DNA of 64,000 nucleotides from Eledone cirrhosa (lineage: Eukaryota), in contig OZ024758.1 in NCBI GenBank assembly GCA_964016885.1, positions 1,612,001 to 1,676,000 of the forward strand. Reading direction: 5' to 3'. The notes beneath the pieces were generated by a model that was not told the DNA's origin, ran no database searches, and saw only the letters and a program-made list of their open reading frames with translations. A program made the position numbers and the translations under genes. Below, piece after piece: positions 21,801 to 35,700 of this stretch; within the stretch, counting starts at the first letter, position 1, and each line of letters opens with the position of its first letter.

Positions 21801-24800
21801 CAGACAGGTGGACTGACAGACAGGTGGACTGACAGACAGATGGACTGACAGACAGATGGACTGACAGACAGATGGACTGACAGACAGATGGACTGACAGA
21901 CAGATGGACTGACAGACAGATGGACTGACAGACAGGTGGACTGACAGACAGATGGACTGACAGACAGGTGGACTGACAGACAGGTGGACTGACAGACAGA
22001 TGGACTGACAGACAGATGGACTGACAGACAGATGGACTGACAGACAGATGGACTGACAGACAGGTGGACTGACAGACAGACAGATGGACTGACAGACAGA
22101 CAGGTGGACTGACAGACAGGTGGACTGACAGACAGATGGACTGACAGACAGATGGACTGACAGACAGGTGGACTGACAGACAGGTGGACTGACAGACAGG
22201 TGGACTGACAGACAGGTGGACTGACAGACAGGTGGACTGACAGACAGACAGATGGACTGACAGACAGGTGGACTGACAGACAGGTGGACTGTCAGACAGG
22301 TGGCCTGACAGACAGACAGATGGACTGACAGACAGATGGACTGACAGACAGATGGACTGACAGACAGGTGGACTGACAGACAGATGGACAGACAGACAGG
22401 TGGACTGACAGACAGGTGGACAGACAGACAGGTGGACTGACAGACAGGTGGACTGACAGACAGACAGATGGACTGACAGACAGATGGACTGACAGACAGG
22501 TGGACAGACAGACAGGTGGAGTGACAGACAGGTGGACTGACAGACAGGTGGACAGACAGACAGGTGGACTGACAGACAGGTGGACTGACAGACAGGTGGA
22601 CTGACAGACAGGTGGACTGACAGACAGGTGGACAGACAGACAGGTGGACTGACAGACAGGTGGACTGACAGACAGACAGATGGACTGACAGACAGATGGA
22701 CTGACAGACAGATGGACTGACAGACAGGTGGACTGACAGACAGGTGGACTGACAGACAGACAGATGGACTGACAGACAGGTGGACTGACAGACAGACAGG
22801 TGGACTGACAGACAGGTGGACTGACAGACAGGTGGACTGACAGACAGACAGGTGGACTGACAGACAGGTGGACTGACAGACAGACAGGTGGACTGACAGA
22901 CAGACAGGTGGACTGACAGACAGGTGGACTGACAGACAGACAGATGGACTGACAGACAGGTGGACTGACAGACAGATGGACTGACAGACAGGTGGACTGA
23001 CAGACAGACAGGTGGACTGACAGACAGGTGGACTGACAGACAGGTGGACTGACAGACAGACAGGTGGACTGACAGACAGATGGACTGACAGACAGATGGA
23101 CTGACAGACAGATGGACTGACAGACAGATGGACTGACAGACAGACAGATGGACTGACAGACAGATGGACTGACAGACAGATGGACTGACAGACAGATGGA
23201 CTGACAGACAGACAGGTGGACTGACAGACAGATGGACTGACAGACAGATGGACTGACAGACAGACAGATGGACTGACAGACAGATGGACTGACAGACAGA
23301 TGGACTGACAGACAGATGGACTGACAGACAGACAGATGGACTGACATACAGATGGACTGACAGACAGATGGACTGACAGACAGATGGACTGACAGACAGA
23401 TGGACTGACAGACAGATGGGCTGACAGACAGACAGGTGGACTGACAGACAGATGGACTGACAGACAGATGGACTGACAGACAGACAGATGGACTGACAGA
23501 CAGATGGACTGACAGACAGATGGACTGACAGACAGATGGACTGACAGACAGATGGACTGACAGACAGATGGACTGACAGACAGACAGATGGACTGACAGA
23601 CAGATGGACTGACAGACAGATGGACTGACAGACAGACAGATGGACTGACAGACAGATGGACTGACAGACAGATGGACTGACAGACAGATGGACTGACAGA
23701 CAGACAGGTGGACTGACAGACAGATGGACTGACAGACAGATGGACTGACAGACAGACAGATGGACTGACAGACAGATGGACTGACAGACAGATGGACTGA
23801 CAGACAGATGGACTGACAGACAGACAGATGGACTGACAGACAGACAGATGGACTGAGAGACAGATGGACTGACAGACAGACAGATGGACTGACAGACAGA
23901 CAGATGGATTGAGAGACAGACAGATGGACTGAGAGACAGACAGATGGACTGACAGATGGACTGACAGACAGACAGATGGACTGACAGACAGACAGACAGA
24001 CATATGGACTGACAGACAAACAGACAGATGGACTGACAGACAGACAGACAGACAGATGGACTGACAGACAGACAGATGGACTGACAGACAGACAGATGGA
24101 CTGAGAGACAGATGGACTGACAGACAGACAGATGGACTGACAGACAGACATATGGACTGACAGACAGACAGATGGACTGAGAGACAGACAGATGGACTGA
24201 CAGACAGACAGATGGACTGACAGACAGACAGATGGACTGAGAGACAGACAGATGGACTGACAGACAGACAGATGGACTGACAGACAGACAGATGGACTGA
24301 CAGACAGACAGATGGACTGAGAGACAGACAGATGGACTGACAGACAGACAGATGGACTGACAGACAGATGGACTGACAGACAGACAGATGGACTGACAGA
24401 CAGATGGACTGACAGACAGACAGATGGACTGACAGACAGACAGATGGACTGACAGACAGACAGATGGACTGACAGACAGACAGATGGACTGACAGACAGA
24501 CAGATGGACTGACAGACAGATGGACTGAGAGACAGACAGATGGACTGACAGACAGACAGATGGACTGAGAGACAGACAGATGGACTGACAGACAGACAGA
24601 TGGACTGACAGACAGACAGATGGACTGACAGACAGACAGATGGACTGACAGACAGACAGATGGACTGACAGACAGACAGATGGACTGACAGACAGACAGA
24701 CAGATGGACTGACAGACAAACAGACAGATGGACTGACAGACAGACAGACAGACAGATGGACTGACAGACAGATGGACTGACAGACAGACAGATGGACTGA

Positions 24801-27166
24801 CAGACAGACAGATGGACTGAGAGACAGACAGATGGACTGACAGACAGACAGATGGACTGACAGACAGACAGATGGACTGAGAGACAGACAGATGGACTGA
24901 CAGACAGACAGATGGACTGAGAGACAGACAGATGGACTGACAGACAGACAGATGGACTGAGAGACAGACAGATGGACTGACAGACAGACAGATGGACTGA
25001 CAGACAGACAGATGGACTGAGAGACAGACAGATGGACTGACAGACAGACAGATGGACTGAGAGACAGACAGATGGACTGACAGACAGACAGATGGACTGA
25101 CAGACAGACAGATGGACTGAGAGACAGATGGACTGACAGACAGACAGATGGACTGACAGACAGACAGATGGACTGAGAGACAGACAGATGGACTAACAGA
25201 CAGACAGATGGACTGAGAGACAGACAGATTGACTGACAGACAGACAGATGGACTGACAGACAGACAGATGGACTGACAGACAGACAGATGGACTGACAGA
25301 CAGACAGATGGACTGACAGACAGACAGATGGACTGACAGACAGACAGACAGATGGACTGACAGACAAACAGACAGATGGACTGACAGACAGACAGACAGA
25401 CAGATGGACTGACAGACAGACAGATGGACTTACAGACAGACAGATGGACTGACAGACAGACAGATGGACTGACAGACAGATGGACTGACAGACAGACAGA
25501 TGGACTGACAGACAGACAGATGGACTGACAGACAGGTGGACTGACAGACAGGTAGACTGACAGACAGGTGGACCGACAGACAGGTGGACTGACAGACAGG
25601 TGGACTGACAGACAGACAGGTGGACTGACAGACAGACAGATGGACTGACAGACAGGTGGACTGACAGACAGGTGGACTGACAGACAGGTGGACTGACAGA
25701 CAGGTGGACTGACAGACAGGTGGACTGACAGACAGACAGGTGGACTGACAGACAGACAGATGGACTGACAGACAGGTGGACTGACAGACAGGTGGACTGA
25801 CAGACAGATGGACTGACAGACAGATGGACTGACAGACAGGTGGACTGACAGACAGATGGACTGACAGACAGATGGACTGACAGACAGGTGGACTGACAGA
25901 CAGGTGGACTGACAGACAGATGGACTGACAGACAGATGGACTGACAGACAGGTGGACTGACAGACAGATGGACTAACAGAGAGGTGGACTGACAGACAGG
26001 TGAACTGACAGACAGATGGACTGACAGACAGATGGACTGACAGACAGGTGGACTGACAGACAGATGGACTGACAGACAGATGGACTGACAGACAGATGGA
26101 CTGACAGACAGATGGACTGACAGACAGATGGACTGACAGACAGGTGGACTGACAGACAGATGGACTGACAGACAGATGGACTGACAGACAGGTGGACTGA
26201 CAGACAGATGGACTGAGAGACAGATGGACTGACAGACAGATGGACTGACAGACAGGTGGACTGACAGATTGATGGACTGACAGACATATGGACTGACAGA
26301 CAGATGGACTGACAGACAGATGGACTGACAGACAGGTGGACTGACAGACAGATGGACTGACAGACAGATGGACTGACAGACAGGTGGACTGACAGACAGA
26401 TGGACTGACAGACAGATAGATTGACAGACAGGTGGACTGACAGACAGATGGACTGACAGACAGATGGACTGACAGACAGATGGACTGACAGACAGGTGGA
26501 CTGACAGACAGATGGACTGACAGACAGATGGACTGACAGACAGATGGACTGACAGACAGATGGACTGACAGACAGGTGGACTGACAGACAGATGGACTGA
26601 CAGACAGATGGACTGACAGACAGATGGACTGACAGACAGATGGACTGACAGACAGGTGGACTGACAGACAGGTGGACTGACAGACAGATGGACTGACAGA
26701 CAGATGGACTGACAGACAGATGGACTGACAGACAGATGGACTGACAGACAGATGGACTGACAGACAGATGGACTGACAGACAGGTGGACTGACAGACAGA
26801 TGGACTGACAGACAGGTGGACTGACAGACAGGTGGACTGACAGACAGATGGACTGACAGACAGATGGACTGACAGACAGATGGACTGACAGACAGATGGA
26901 CTGACAGACAGGTGGACTGACAGACAGACAGATGGACTGACAGACAGACAGGTGGACTGACAGACAGGTGGACTGACAGACAGATGGACTGACAGACAGA
27001 TGGACTGACAGACAGGTGGACTGACAGACAGGTGGACTGACAGACAGGTGGACTGACAGACAGGTGGACTGACAGACAGGTGGACTGACAGACAGACAGA
27101 TGGACTGACAGACAGGTGGACTGACAGACAGGTGGACTGACAGACAGGTGGCCTGACAGACAGACA
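18877..27166. repeat. GACA satellite array 2 (8.3 kb) with kb-scale higher-order repeats
   Basis: Rare variants recur at fixed offsets: GGCCTG at 22304/27152 and the GGACTAACAGAGAG block at 21125/25973 (offset 4848); block 18996/22416 (offset 3420). Confidence 0.98.
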
Positions 27167-27390
27167 AATTTCTGTTTATTTGCCACTAGGGCACAAAAGA
27201 AAGGGACATGTACATGGGTGGGGGGAGTTTACATAAAAATCGAGTAAGAAAAATATAACAAACAAAATAATAACAAGAAGGTCCTCAATAGGGAGGGATC
27301 GTTTTGGGGTCACACACACCCCCGAAAAAAAGTGTGCGACCCTTCTCCACGGGAGCACAAAGAGAGGGTGCTCCCTTCTTTCTGTTCCAC

Positions 27391-30300
27391 CTACAGGCTG
27401 AGGTAGAGAGAAGGCCCATTCACACGGGCCATTCTCGCAACTTTCACCCACCTTTCATAAAACTGGCTGGAGTGGAGCACCTCTCTCTCCATCCTGATCC
27501 TTCTTCCGAAATGGTATCGGAAGAAAAGGACCAGTTGTTGGCCGGAGAGAAAGGTGTCCGACCTCAGCCCTTTCAGACGCGTCCACCATATAGCCTCTTT
27601 TACCATGGCTATTACACAGAGGAAGACCGCCTCTCCTTCATTTTTGAAGGGGGGAGGTGGCTTGATCGTTACAATGGACTCGGTGGTCAACCTAATTGGT
27701 CCCACCCGTGACAGCAGTCGTTCGACATAGCCCCACAGATCGGCAACGCCCGGGCAGTGCACCAATGCGTGCGCGACGGTTTCCTCGTCGCGCACGCATC
27801 TGGGACAGATCTTTTTCGAGGGGTCCCTACCCGGGCGCCCGTGTCTGTAGAGCTTATCCCGAACGGGCAGAGCCCCTCGGTAGCACTGCCAGGCCAAGGA
27901 CTTCTGGAAGTTGTCCATAGGTCCCGGGCCGAAAGTCCTACCGAATAGACTGGCCAGTTCGTCCTCCTCCATGCCTAGGGCTTCTCCGAGGGCGTCGTCG
28001 CACCCGCTAACCACCAGCCCTCTATAGAATGACGAGGTGGAGTCTCCGTCGATAGCCGGGTCCGCCTGCCAGAGAGCCGTGAGCGCCTGGGCACACTCGG
28101 TGTGCCAGTCGCCCAGTTTTCTCGGTCTTTGCTTCACCCAGGACTGCAGCTCGGTGAGCGAGACGAGCCTCGGGAAGGCTCGCCTCACAAACGGGGCCCA
28201 CACCGGTTGACCGGTGAGGAATACGTGGAGGTGCCTTAGCCTCAATGCGTGTTTACGCATTTTTAGCCACGGCATCCCCAGCCCTCCTTTCAAAGGGTGT
28301 TGACAGCAGATGGATCTCCTCACCAGAGGAGACCTCTTCTTCCAAAGGAAATAAAAGAGGGCGCGCTCCATTTTGGCGAGGATCTCACCCGGGCAAGGCA
28401 CGACAGTCAAGCGGTAATAGATGACGGACGCTATGTAAGCATTCGCCACCTCCGCCCGACCTTTTAGGGATAGTTTGCACTCGGCCCACTTCTGGGTCAG
28501 TGCAAACACCCTATTCGTCACCTCACCCCAGTTTTTCTCCACCTGGAGGTCCGGTCCGAACCAGACCCCAAGCAACTTCACCGGGCCCTCCGTCCACCGT
28601 CCGACGATACCGTCGCACGACATCGCTTTGCCCCTCCACTCGCCGAGTTGCAAAGCGACTGACTTGTCCCGGTTCAGCTTAGCCCCTGTCAACCTTTCGT
28701 ACTCCTCTAGTAAGGTGCCGATTGCCTCGATTTCCGAGGCGGTCGACACCATTACTGTTACGTCATCGGCGTAGGCCGACACCGCTTTGCGCAATCCCGG
28801 TTCCAAAGGGATGCCCTGCAACAACTCCAACTTCCGCAGTAATGGCTCGAGAGTCAACACATACAGAAGGGAGGAGAGAGGGCACCCCTGTCGGATGGAG
28901 CGGGTGATTTCGAACGGCTCCGAAAGGTAGCCGTTCACCTTGACTCTAGAGCAGATGCGGCTGCTGTGCATGGCAGTGATCCAGCCCCTGAAAACGGGTC
29001 CGAACCCAGCCGCCGCTAGCACCGCATCCAGGTAACCATGGTCCACTCTATCGAACGCTTTAGACTGATCTAAATTTATCAGGGCCCCACCAAAGCCGGG
29101 TTCGTTCCCAACCCTCTCTATGATGTATCGCATGAGGTGGAGGTTGTCGTGGATGGACCTGGACGGGATAGCGCATGTCTGCGCATCTCCCACCAGTCCC
29201 CCCACGACAAGCGCCAACCTCTTCGCTAACACCTTCGCCAAAATCTTTAACTCTGCATTTAGCAGAGTTATGGGCCTAAAATTACTAATGTCATCCCCCT
29301 TGTTCTCGTCCTTCCTCACTAGCGAGACTACGCCCTTGGTCACAGAACAGGGAATTCTCCCGTTCTGTTGCCAGTTGCAGTAGACCGCCTCGAGGAGATC
29401 GGGGAACAAGTCCGGCATATTAATATATAGTTCGTAGGGCAGACCATCGAGTCCTGGAGATTTGCGTTTGCCGCATAGGCTCAGCACGTCCCCTATTTCA
29501 GCAGCTGAGATCGGCCCGTCGCAGGACCTCGCCTCCCTGTCCGAAAGACGCGGCAGGCCGTCGAGGTATGGACCGAAATCCACATTTCCAACCGGCTCCC
29601 CGCCCCTCCCGAACAATTCGGCAAAGTGCCTTTGAAAGGCCTCGCACATTTGCTTAGGTTCAAGGATCAGCCGTCCATCCTGGTCTCGCAAAGACCGGAT
29701 AGTGGATTTAATCCCACTTTTCGCTTCTGTCACGCGGGCCCAGCTAACAGCTTTGGTCCCCTCGTTTCCCAGAGCACGTATTTTGCTTCGGACAACGCAG
29801 CCTTCGTGTTTCGCGTCGAAGAACTGGTTCAAGACCGTTCTCGACGCTTGCACTCTGGCCACGTTGCCGCTTCTCATTGCCTCTTCAACATTAACTACCA
29901 ACTCCCTTTCCTTCCTATTTCTATCTGAGGCTAACTCCTTACTAACTCCTATTGAAACTACTCTAATCTCTCTTTTTAGAGAGCCCCACCACCTGTTGTT
30001 GACGATGGCGCCCGTCAACTGCTCCTTAACTAAGGTTCTAATCCGGTCCCTGTAAGCTCTACTTGCCGGTAAGGACAAGTTGAGCTTCCAGTAACCGGGC
30101 CCCTGCCTATGCGTTCTATCAAGGTGGACTACGCAGGTCACTAACTTGTGGTCTGAATAGCCCACCATGAGCATTTCTGGACAACTTAAAAAGTCCCTAT
30201 CCTTAATTCTAACTAAGAACCTATCTAGGTACGATCTAGATTGACCACTGTTATTTGACCAGGTCCAGGTTGGTACAGTCGGAAAATCTAGTCGGTATCT

Positions 30301-30828
30301 ATCGGCCAGGTCGAATCGGCCGATTAACCCCTTAAGGCTGTTACACCCCCCTCTATCGGGACATGCCCCTACATAGTCCCAACGTGCATCTAGGATACCA
30401 TTCCAGTCCCCCACTAAAAGCAAGGAGCGGGACGTCCCTAGAAAAGTCTCCAGACGATGGAAGAAGTCCGACCGCATTGCCCCAAAAGGGGCGTATACGG
30501 CGACAAGCCTAAAAGCTTCGCCTTCGCCATTGCCAAGGTCCAGAACCACGAGTCGACCCTCCGGGTCCAAGTGTACCGTCTGTGTAGCGAGACCCAGATG
30601 TTTTTGCAGCAGAACGACAACCCCACCCCCACCTCCGGGCTGACAGAGAGATGCGTGCATCTCAAAGTCATCAAAGGTGGGGGTTAGCTGTCGCATGCTG
30701 CTGATCCGGGCCTCGCAAATAACCATCACATTTACACATTGTGACCTGAGGTCACTTAGAAGTTTAGCTTGCTTCCAAGGTGAGCCCAGGCCACGCGCAT
30801 TTAGACAACCCACTCTTAAGACAGCCAT
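27391..30828 (-). CDS. ORF2p (APE-RT-zinc finger), copy 2, 1145 aa
   Basis: Same motifs as copy 1. Differs at SD(F/L)R, FA(Q/E)L and VG(G/N)V. Confidence 0.97.
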   Translation of the reverse strand: MAVLRVGCLNARGLGSPWKQAKLLSDLRSQCVNVMVICEARISSMRQLTPTFDDFEMHASLCQPGGGGGVVVLLQKHLGLATQTVHLDPEGRLVVLDLGNGEGEAFRLVAVYAPFGAMRSDFFHRLETFLGTSRSLLLVGDWNGILDARWDYVGACPDRGGCNSLKGLIGRFDLADRYRLDFPTVPTWTWSNNSGQSRSYLDRFLVRIKDRDFLSCPEMLMVGYSDHKLVTCVVHLDRTHRQGPGYWKLNLSLPASRAYRDRIRTLVKEQLTGAIVNNRWWGSLKREIRVVSIGVSKELASDRNRKERELVVNVEEAMRSGNVARVQASRTVLNQFFDAKHEGCVVRSKIRALGNEGTKAVSWARVTEAKSGIKSTIRSLRDQDGRLILEPKQMCEAFQRHFAELFGRGGEPVGNVDFGPYLDGLPRLSDREARSCDGPISAAEIGDVLSLCGKRKSPGLDGLPYELYINMPDLFPDLLEAVYCNWQQNGRIPCSVTKGVVSLVRKDENKGDDISNFRPITLLNAELKILAKVLAKRLALVVGGLVGDAQTCAIPSRSIHDNLHLMRYIIERVGNEPGFGGALINLDQSKAFDRVDHGYLDAVLAAAGFGPVFRGWITAMHSSRICSRVKVNGYLSEPFEITRSIRQGCPLSSLLYVLTLEPLLRKLELLQGIPLEPGLRKAVSAYADDVTVMVSTASEIEAIGTLLEEYERLTGAKLNRDKSVALQLGEWRGKAMSCDGIVGRWTEGPVKLLGVWFGPDLQVEKNWGEVTNRVFALTQKWAECKLSLKGRAEVANAYIASVIYYRLTVVPCPGEILAKMERALFYFLWKKRSPLVRRSICCQHPLKGGLGMPWLKMRKHALRLRHLHVFLTGQPVWAPFVRRAFPRLVSLTELQSWVKQRPRKLGDWHTECAQALTALWQADPAIDGDSTSSFYRGLVVSGCDDALGEALGMEEDELASLFGRTFGPGPMDNFQKSLAWQCYRGALPVRDKLYRHGRPGRDPSKKICPRCVRDEETVAHALVHCPGVADLWGYVERLLSRVGPIRLTTESIVTIKPPPPFKNEGEAVFLCVIAMVKEAIWWTRLKGLRSDTFLSGQQLVLFFRYHFGRRIRMEREVLHSSQFYERWVKVARMARVNGPSLYLSL

Positions 30829-30851
30829 GTTGGTGGCAAAGAAAGAGGCAC

Positions 30852-32609
30852 TTACCTCTCTGCGTCCCGGGGTTCGGGTCGCTCAGTTTCCATGGGGCTG
30901 GTGGCGGGGTTGATGGGTGGGGTGGTGGTTTGTGGTGGTGTGGGGGTATTGGTGTGTGGAGGGGTTGGGATCTTTGGAGTTGTGTGGGTGTTTGAGGAGG
31001 GGAGGGGAAAACCTTTCAGGAGGACGCGGTTGAGTGGCCTGGTGCAGGGTGGGCCCACGTCCTCAGGGTACATGTCTTTTAAAGTTTTAAAAATGTCAAG
31101 TGGGATTTTCACCATTTTCAGGTTAGGGAGCCCCATTGCCGTTACGAAATTCGGCCCTTCGGTTTGTATCGAAGGGTTGGTTTCTATTTTTAAAGTTAGG
31201 TTTTCATTGTTTTTGTTTATGTATGTGTAGAGTTTTTGTGTTGTTGTGTTTGTTTTTGCTTGTTGTTGTTGAGTGAGTTTGCGTTTTATTGTCTGTGTTG
31301 TGTTGTCAGGTGGGGTTATTTTTGTTGTTGTGGTGTGTGTACGTTTTTTTCTTTTCACTTTTTGGAAGGGAGCCCCCTCGTCTTCCGACGATATGAGCTC
31401 CTCTTCCGTATTGGAGGGGAGGGGTATATCTCCGGGTTGTGTATGAACTGTTTTTGTATTTGTGTTCTGTGGGGTGGGGCTGGGTGGGACCGTGTTTTGG
31501 GTTGTTTTCTTGAGCTGTTGTTGATGTTGTTGTTGTTGTGGTGGTGGTGGTGGTGTTGTTGTTGGTTTTTGTTGTTCTGGTGGTGATGGTAGTGTATTTT
31601 GTTGTTTTTGTGATGGTGGTGCTGGTTGTTTTTGTTGTTGTTGTGGTGTTTGTAGCAGTGGTTTTTTTGTTGTTAGTAGAGGGCAGGCCGTCCTCAGGTG
31701 ACCTCTGCCAGCGCAGTGGTAACATGAGGGTCTCCTGCCTTCCACTGTGATATTTATGTAGGTTCGCCCATCCAGTAGCACTCGGTCGGGTATTCCGGAG
31801 ATTCTCTCAGGTGTCATCTGTAAGAGAACCTCCAGACTTTTCCCCCCGAACAGTCCACTGGTGGACTCCCCTGCTGAAATTAGTATGTCCTTATCTAGGT
31901 CGGTAAATCCTGTTAGGACGGACCAGATGTTAATTTCTGGCGTAGGGCTCCACATTCTTATCCTTTGTGTTCTTCTTCCTTTATATGTGGGGAAGAAGGT
32001 GTATTGTGGTGACACTATAGGTGCCACCGAATATTTCTGAGCCAGCATTTCGTCCTTCATTCGGACCATAATGCTGGCATACAGCTTTCCTCTTTGAATA
32101 AAGAGTATGTCATTTTTAATTTCTTTCAGAACCAGCTCGATTTGACTTTCGGTCAATTGCGCTGGCTTTCTCGTTTCGTTGGTTATGGTTCTGAAGCTTA
32201 CGGTATTCTTGTAAATCTGTTCACGCACTTCTTCTGGGGAGTTGATCGTAAAAGAACCATCCACCCCAAAAGATACGTATTTTCTAGCCTCTAGCAAATT
32301 TTCCTTGGCGTTCGTGATGTCAATGGCTTTGTACTCCGTGGCTCTCTTGAGTGTTTGGGCAAAAGAAATTTTGTCTTTGTTTGTTGTTGTAATGTTGTTG
32401 GTTTCCTTATTTGTGGTGTTATTTTTTTCTTGAAAATTAATTTTTTCATTTGAATTGAAATTCTTTTTTTCATTGGAGAGGAGGGGTTGTTCAACAGTTT
32501 GAACTGTTGTTCCCTCTTTCCCGCTTGTTTTTTTGGTCGGCGTGGCGTTCGCTTCCAATATGGCGATATCGTTTTCGACGATATCGTTATCAACGATATC
32601 GATAAACAT
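30852..32609 (-). CDS. ORF1p (CCHC knuckle), copy 2, 585 aa
   Basis: Identical to copy 1 apart from PP(V/I)NP. Confidence 0.92.
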   Translation of the reverse strand: MFIDIVDNDIVENDIAILEANATPTKKTSGKEGTTVQTVEQPLLSNEKKNFNSNEKINFQEKNNTTNKETNNITTTNKDKISFAQTLKRATEYKAIDITNAKENLLEARKYVSFGVDGSFTINSPEEVREQIYKNTVSFRTITNETRKPAQLTESQIELVLKEIKNDILFIQRGKLYASIMVRMKDEMLAQKYSVAPIVSPQYTFFPTYKGRRTQRIRMWSPTPEINIWSVLTGFTDLDKDILISAGESTSGLFGGKSLEVLLQMTPERISGIPDRVLLDGRTYINITVEGRRPSCYHCAGRGHLRTACPLLTTKKPLLQTPQQQQKQPAPPSQKQQNTLPSPPEQQKPTTTPPPPPQQQQHQQQLKKTTQNTVPPSPTPQNTNTKTVHTQPGDIPLPSNTEEELISSEDEGAPFQKVKRKKRTHTTTTKITPPDNTTQTIKRKLTQQQQAKTNTTTQKLYTYINKNNENLTLKIETNPSIQTEGPNFVTAMGLPNLKMVKIPLDIFKTLKDMYPEDVGPPCTRPLNRVLLKGFPLPSSNTHTTPKIPTPPHTNTPTPPQTTTPPINPATSPMETERPEPRDAER

Positions 32610-32783
32610 TTCTCAAATATTTATTTTTCACCCCAAAAGGGGTGAAAATATATTTACCCGACGTCTAGAGTCCCAGACTAGGGGTTACAGTTAATTATAC
32701 AAAATAATTCAAAAAAATCCACTCACAAAATTAGCAGGTAAAAATCCAAATCACAGAGCGATATGACACACGTCTACTATCCT

Positions 32784-35700
32784 CAGACAGACAGACAGAC
32801 AGACAGATGGACTGACAGACAGATGGACTGACAGACAGATGGACTGACAGACAGGTGGACTGACAGACAGATGGACAGACAGACAGGTGGACTGACAGAC
32901 AGGTGGACAGACAGACAGGTGGACTGACAGACAGGTGGACTGACAGACAGACAGATGGACTGACAGACAGATGGACTGACAGACAGGTGGACAGACAGAC
33001 AGGTGGAGTGACAGACAGGTGGACTGACAGACAGGTGGACAGACAGACAGGTGGACTGACAGACAGGTGGACTGACAGACAGGTGGACTGACAGACAGGT
33101 GGACTGACAGACAGGTGGACAGACAGACAGGTGGACTGACAGACAGGTGGACTGACAGACAGACAGATGGACTGACAGACAGATGGACTGACAGACAGAT
33201 GGACTGACAGACAGGTGGACTGACAGACAGGTGGACTGACAGACAGACAGATGGACTGACAGACAGGTGGACTGACAGACAGACAGGTGGACTGACAGAC
33301 AGGTGGACTGACAGACAGGTGGACTGACAGACAGACAGGTGGACTGACAGACAGGTGGACTGACAGACAGACAGGTGGACTGACAGACAGACAGGTGGAC
33401 TGACAGACAGGTGGACTGACAGACAGACAGATGGACTGACAGACAGGTGGACTGACAGACAGATGGACTGACAGACAGGTGGACTGACAGACAGACAGGT
33501 GGACTGACAGACAGGTGGACTGACAGACAGGTGGACTGACAGACAGACAGGTGGACTGACAGACAGATGGACTGACAGACAGATGGACTGACAGACAGAT
33601 GGACTGACAGACAGATGGACTGACAGACAGACAGATGGACTGACAGACAGATGGACTGACAGACAGATGGACTGACAGACAGATGGACTGACAGACAGAC
33701 AGGTGGACTGACAGACAGATGGACTGACAGACAGATGGACTGACAGACAGACAGATGGACTGACAGACAGATGGACTGACAGACAGATGGACTGACAGAC
33801 AGATGGACTGACAGACAGACAGATGGACTGACATACAGATGGACTGACAGACAGATGGACTGACAGACAGATGGACTGACAGACAGATGGACTGACAGAC
33901 AGATGGGCTGACAGACAGACAGGTGGACTGACAGACAGATGGACTGACAGACAGATGGACTGACAGACAGACAGATGGACTGACAGACAGATGGACTGAC
34001 AGACAGATGGACTGACAGACAGATGGACTGACAGACAGATGGACTGACAGACAGATGGACTGACAGACAGACAGATGGACTGACAGACAGATGGACTGAC
34101 AGACAGATGGACTGACAGACAGACAGATGGACTGACAGACAGATGGACTGACAGACAGATGGACTGACAGACAGATGGACTGACAGACAGACAGGTGGAC
34201 TGACAGACAGATGGACTGACAGACAGATGGACTGACAGACAGACAGATGGACTGACAGACAGATGGACTGACAGACAGATGGACTGACAGACAGATGGAC
34301 TGACAGACAGACAGATGGACTGACAGACAGACAGATGGACTGAGAGACAGATGGACTGACAGACAGACAGATGGACTGACAGACAGACAGATGGATTGAG
34401 AGACAGACAGATGGACTGAGAGACAGACAGATGGACTGACAGATGGACTGACAGACAGACAGATGGACTGACAGACAGACAGACAGACATATGGACTGAC
34501 AGACAAACAGACAGATGGACTGACAGACAGACAGACAGACAGATGGACTGACAGACAGACAGATGGACTGACAGACAGACAGATGGACTGAGAGACAGAT
34601 GGACTGACAGACAGACAGATGGACTGACAGACAGACATATGGACTGACAGACAGACAGATGGACTGAGAGACAGACAGATGGACTGACAGACAGACAGAT
34701 GGACTGACAGACAGACAGATGGACTGAGAGACAGACAGATGGACTGACAGACAGACAGATGGACTGACAGACAGACAGATGGACTGACAGACAGACAGAT
34801 GGACTGAGAGACAGACAGATGGACTGACAGACAGACAGATGGACTGACAGACAGATGGACTGACAGACAGACAGATGGACTGACAGACAGATGGACTGAC
34901 AGACAGACAGATGGACTGACAGACAGACAGATGGACTGACAGACAGACAGATGGACTGACAGACAGACAGATGGACTGACAGACAGACAGATGGACTGAC
35001 AGACAGATGGACTGAGAGACAGACAGATGGACTGACAGACAGACAGATGGACTGAGAGACAGACAGATGGACTGACAGACAGACAGATGGACTGACAGAC
35101 AGACAGATGGACTGACAGACAGACAGATGGACTGACAGACAGACAGATGGACTGACAGACAGACAGACAGATGGACTGACAGACAAACAGACAGATGGAC
35201 TGACAGACAGACAGACAGACAGATGGACTGACAGACAGATGGACTGACAGACAGACAGATGGACTGACAGACAGACAGATGGACTGAGAGACAGACAGAT
35301 GGACTGACAGACAGACAGATGGACTGACAGACAGACAGATGGACTGAGAGACAGACAGATGGACTGACAGACAGACAGATGGACTGAGAGACAGACAGAT
35401 GGACTGACAGACAGACAGATGGACTGAGAGACAGACAGATGGACTGACAGACAGACAGATGGACTGACAGACAGACAGATGGACTGAGAGACAGACAGAT
35501 GGACTGACAGACAGACAGATGGACTGAGAGACAGACAGATGGACTGACAGACAGACAGATGGACTGACAGACAGACAGATGGACTGAGAGACAGATGGAC
35601 TGACAGACAGACAGATGGACTGACAGACAGACAGATGGACTGAGAGACAGACAGATGGACTAACAGACAGACAGATGGACTGAGAGACAGACAGATTGAC

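Larger units (their letters stand above)
27167..32783 (-). mobile_element. Full-length L1/Tx1-clade non-LTR retrotransposon, copy 2
   Basis: Same length and boundaries as copy 1; at least 6 substitutions seen by eye. Confidence 0.97.

Noticed and set aside
18824-27186. Giant ORFs (up to 2780 aa; also 10867-13279 and 32731-36170) of SVCLSVHL-type repeats
   Set aside because: The minus strand of the satellite simply lacks stop codons in any frame. Overlapping frames give the same permuted peptide and no domains.
27167-32783. Second element as a pure assembly duplication
   Set aside because: At least six nucleotide differences and different 3' flanks argue for a real copy. Haplotype merging still needs read-level exclusion.
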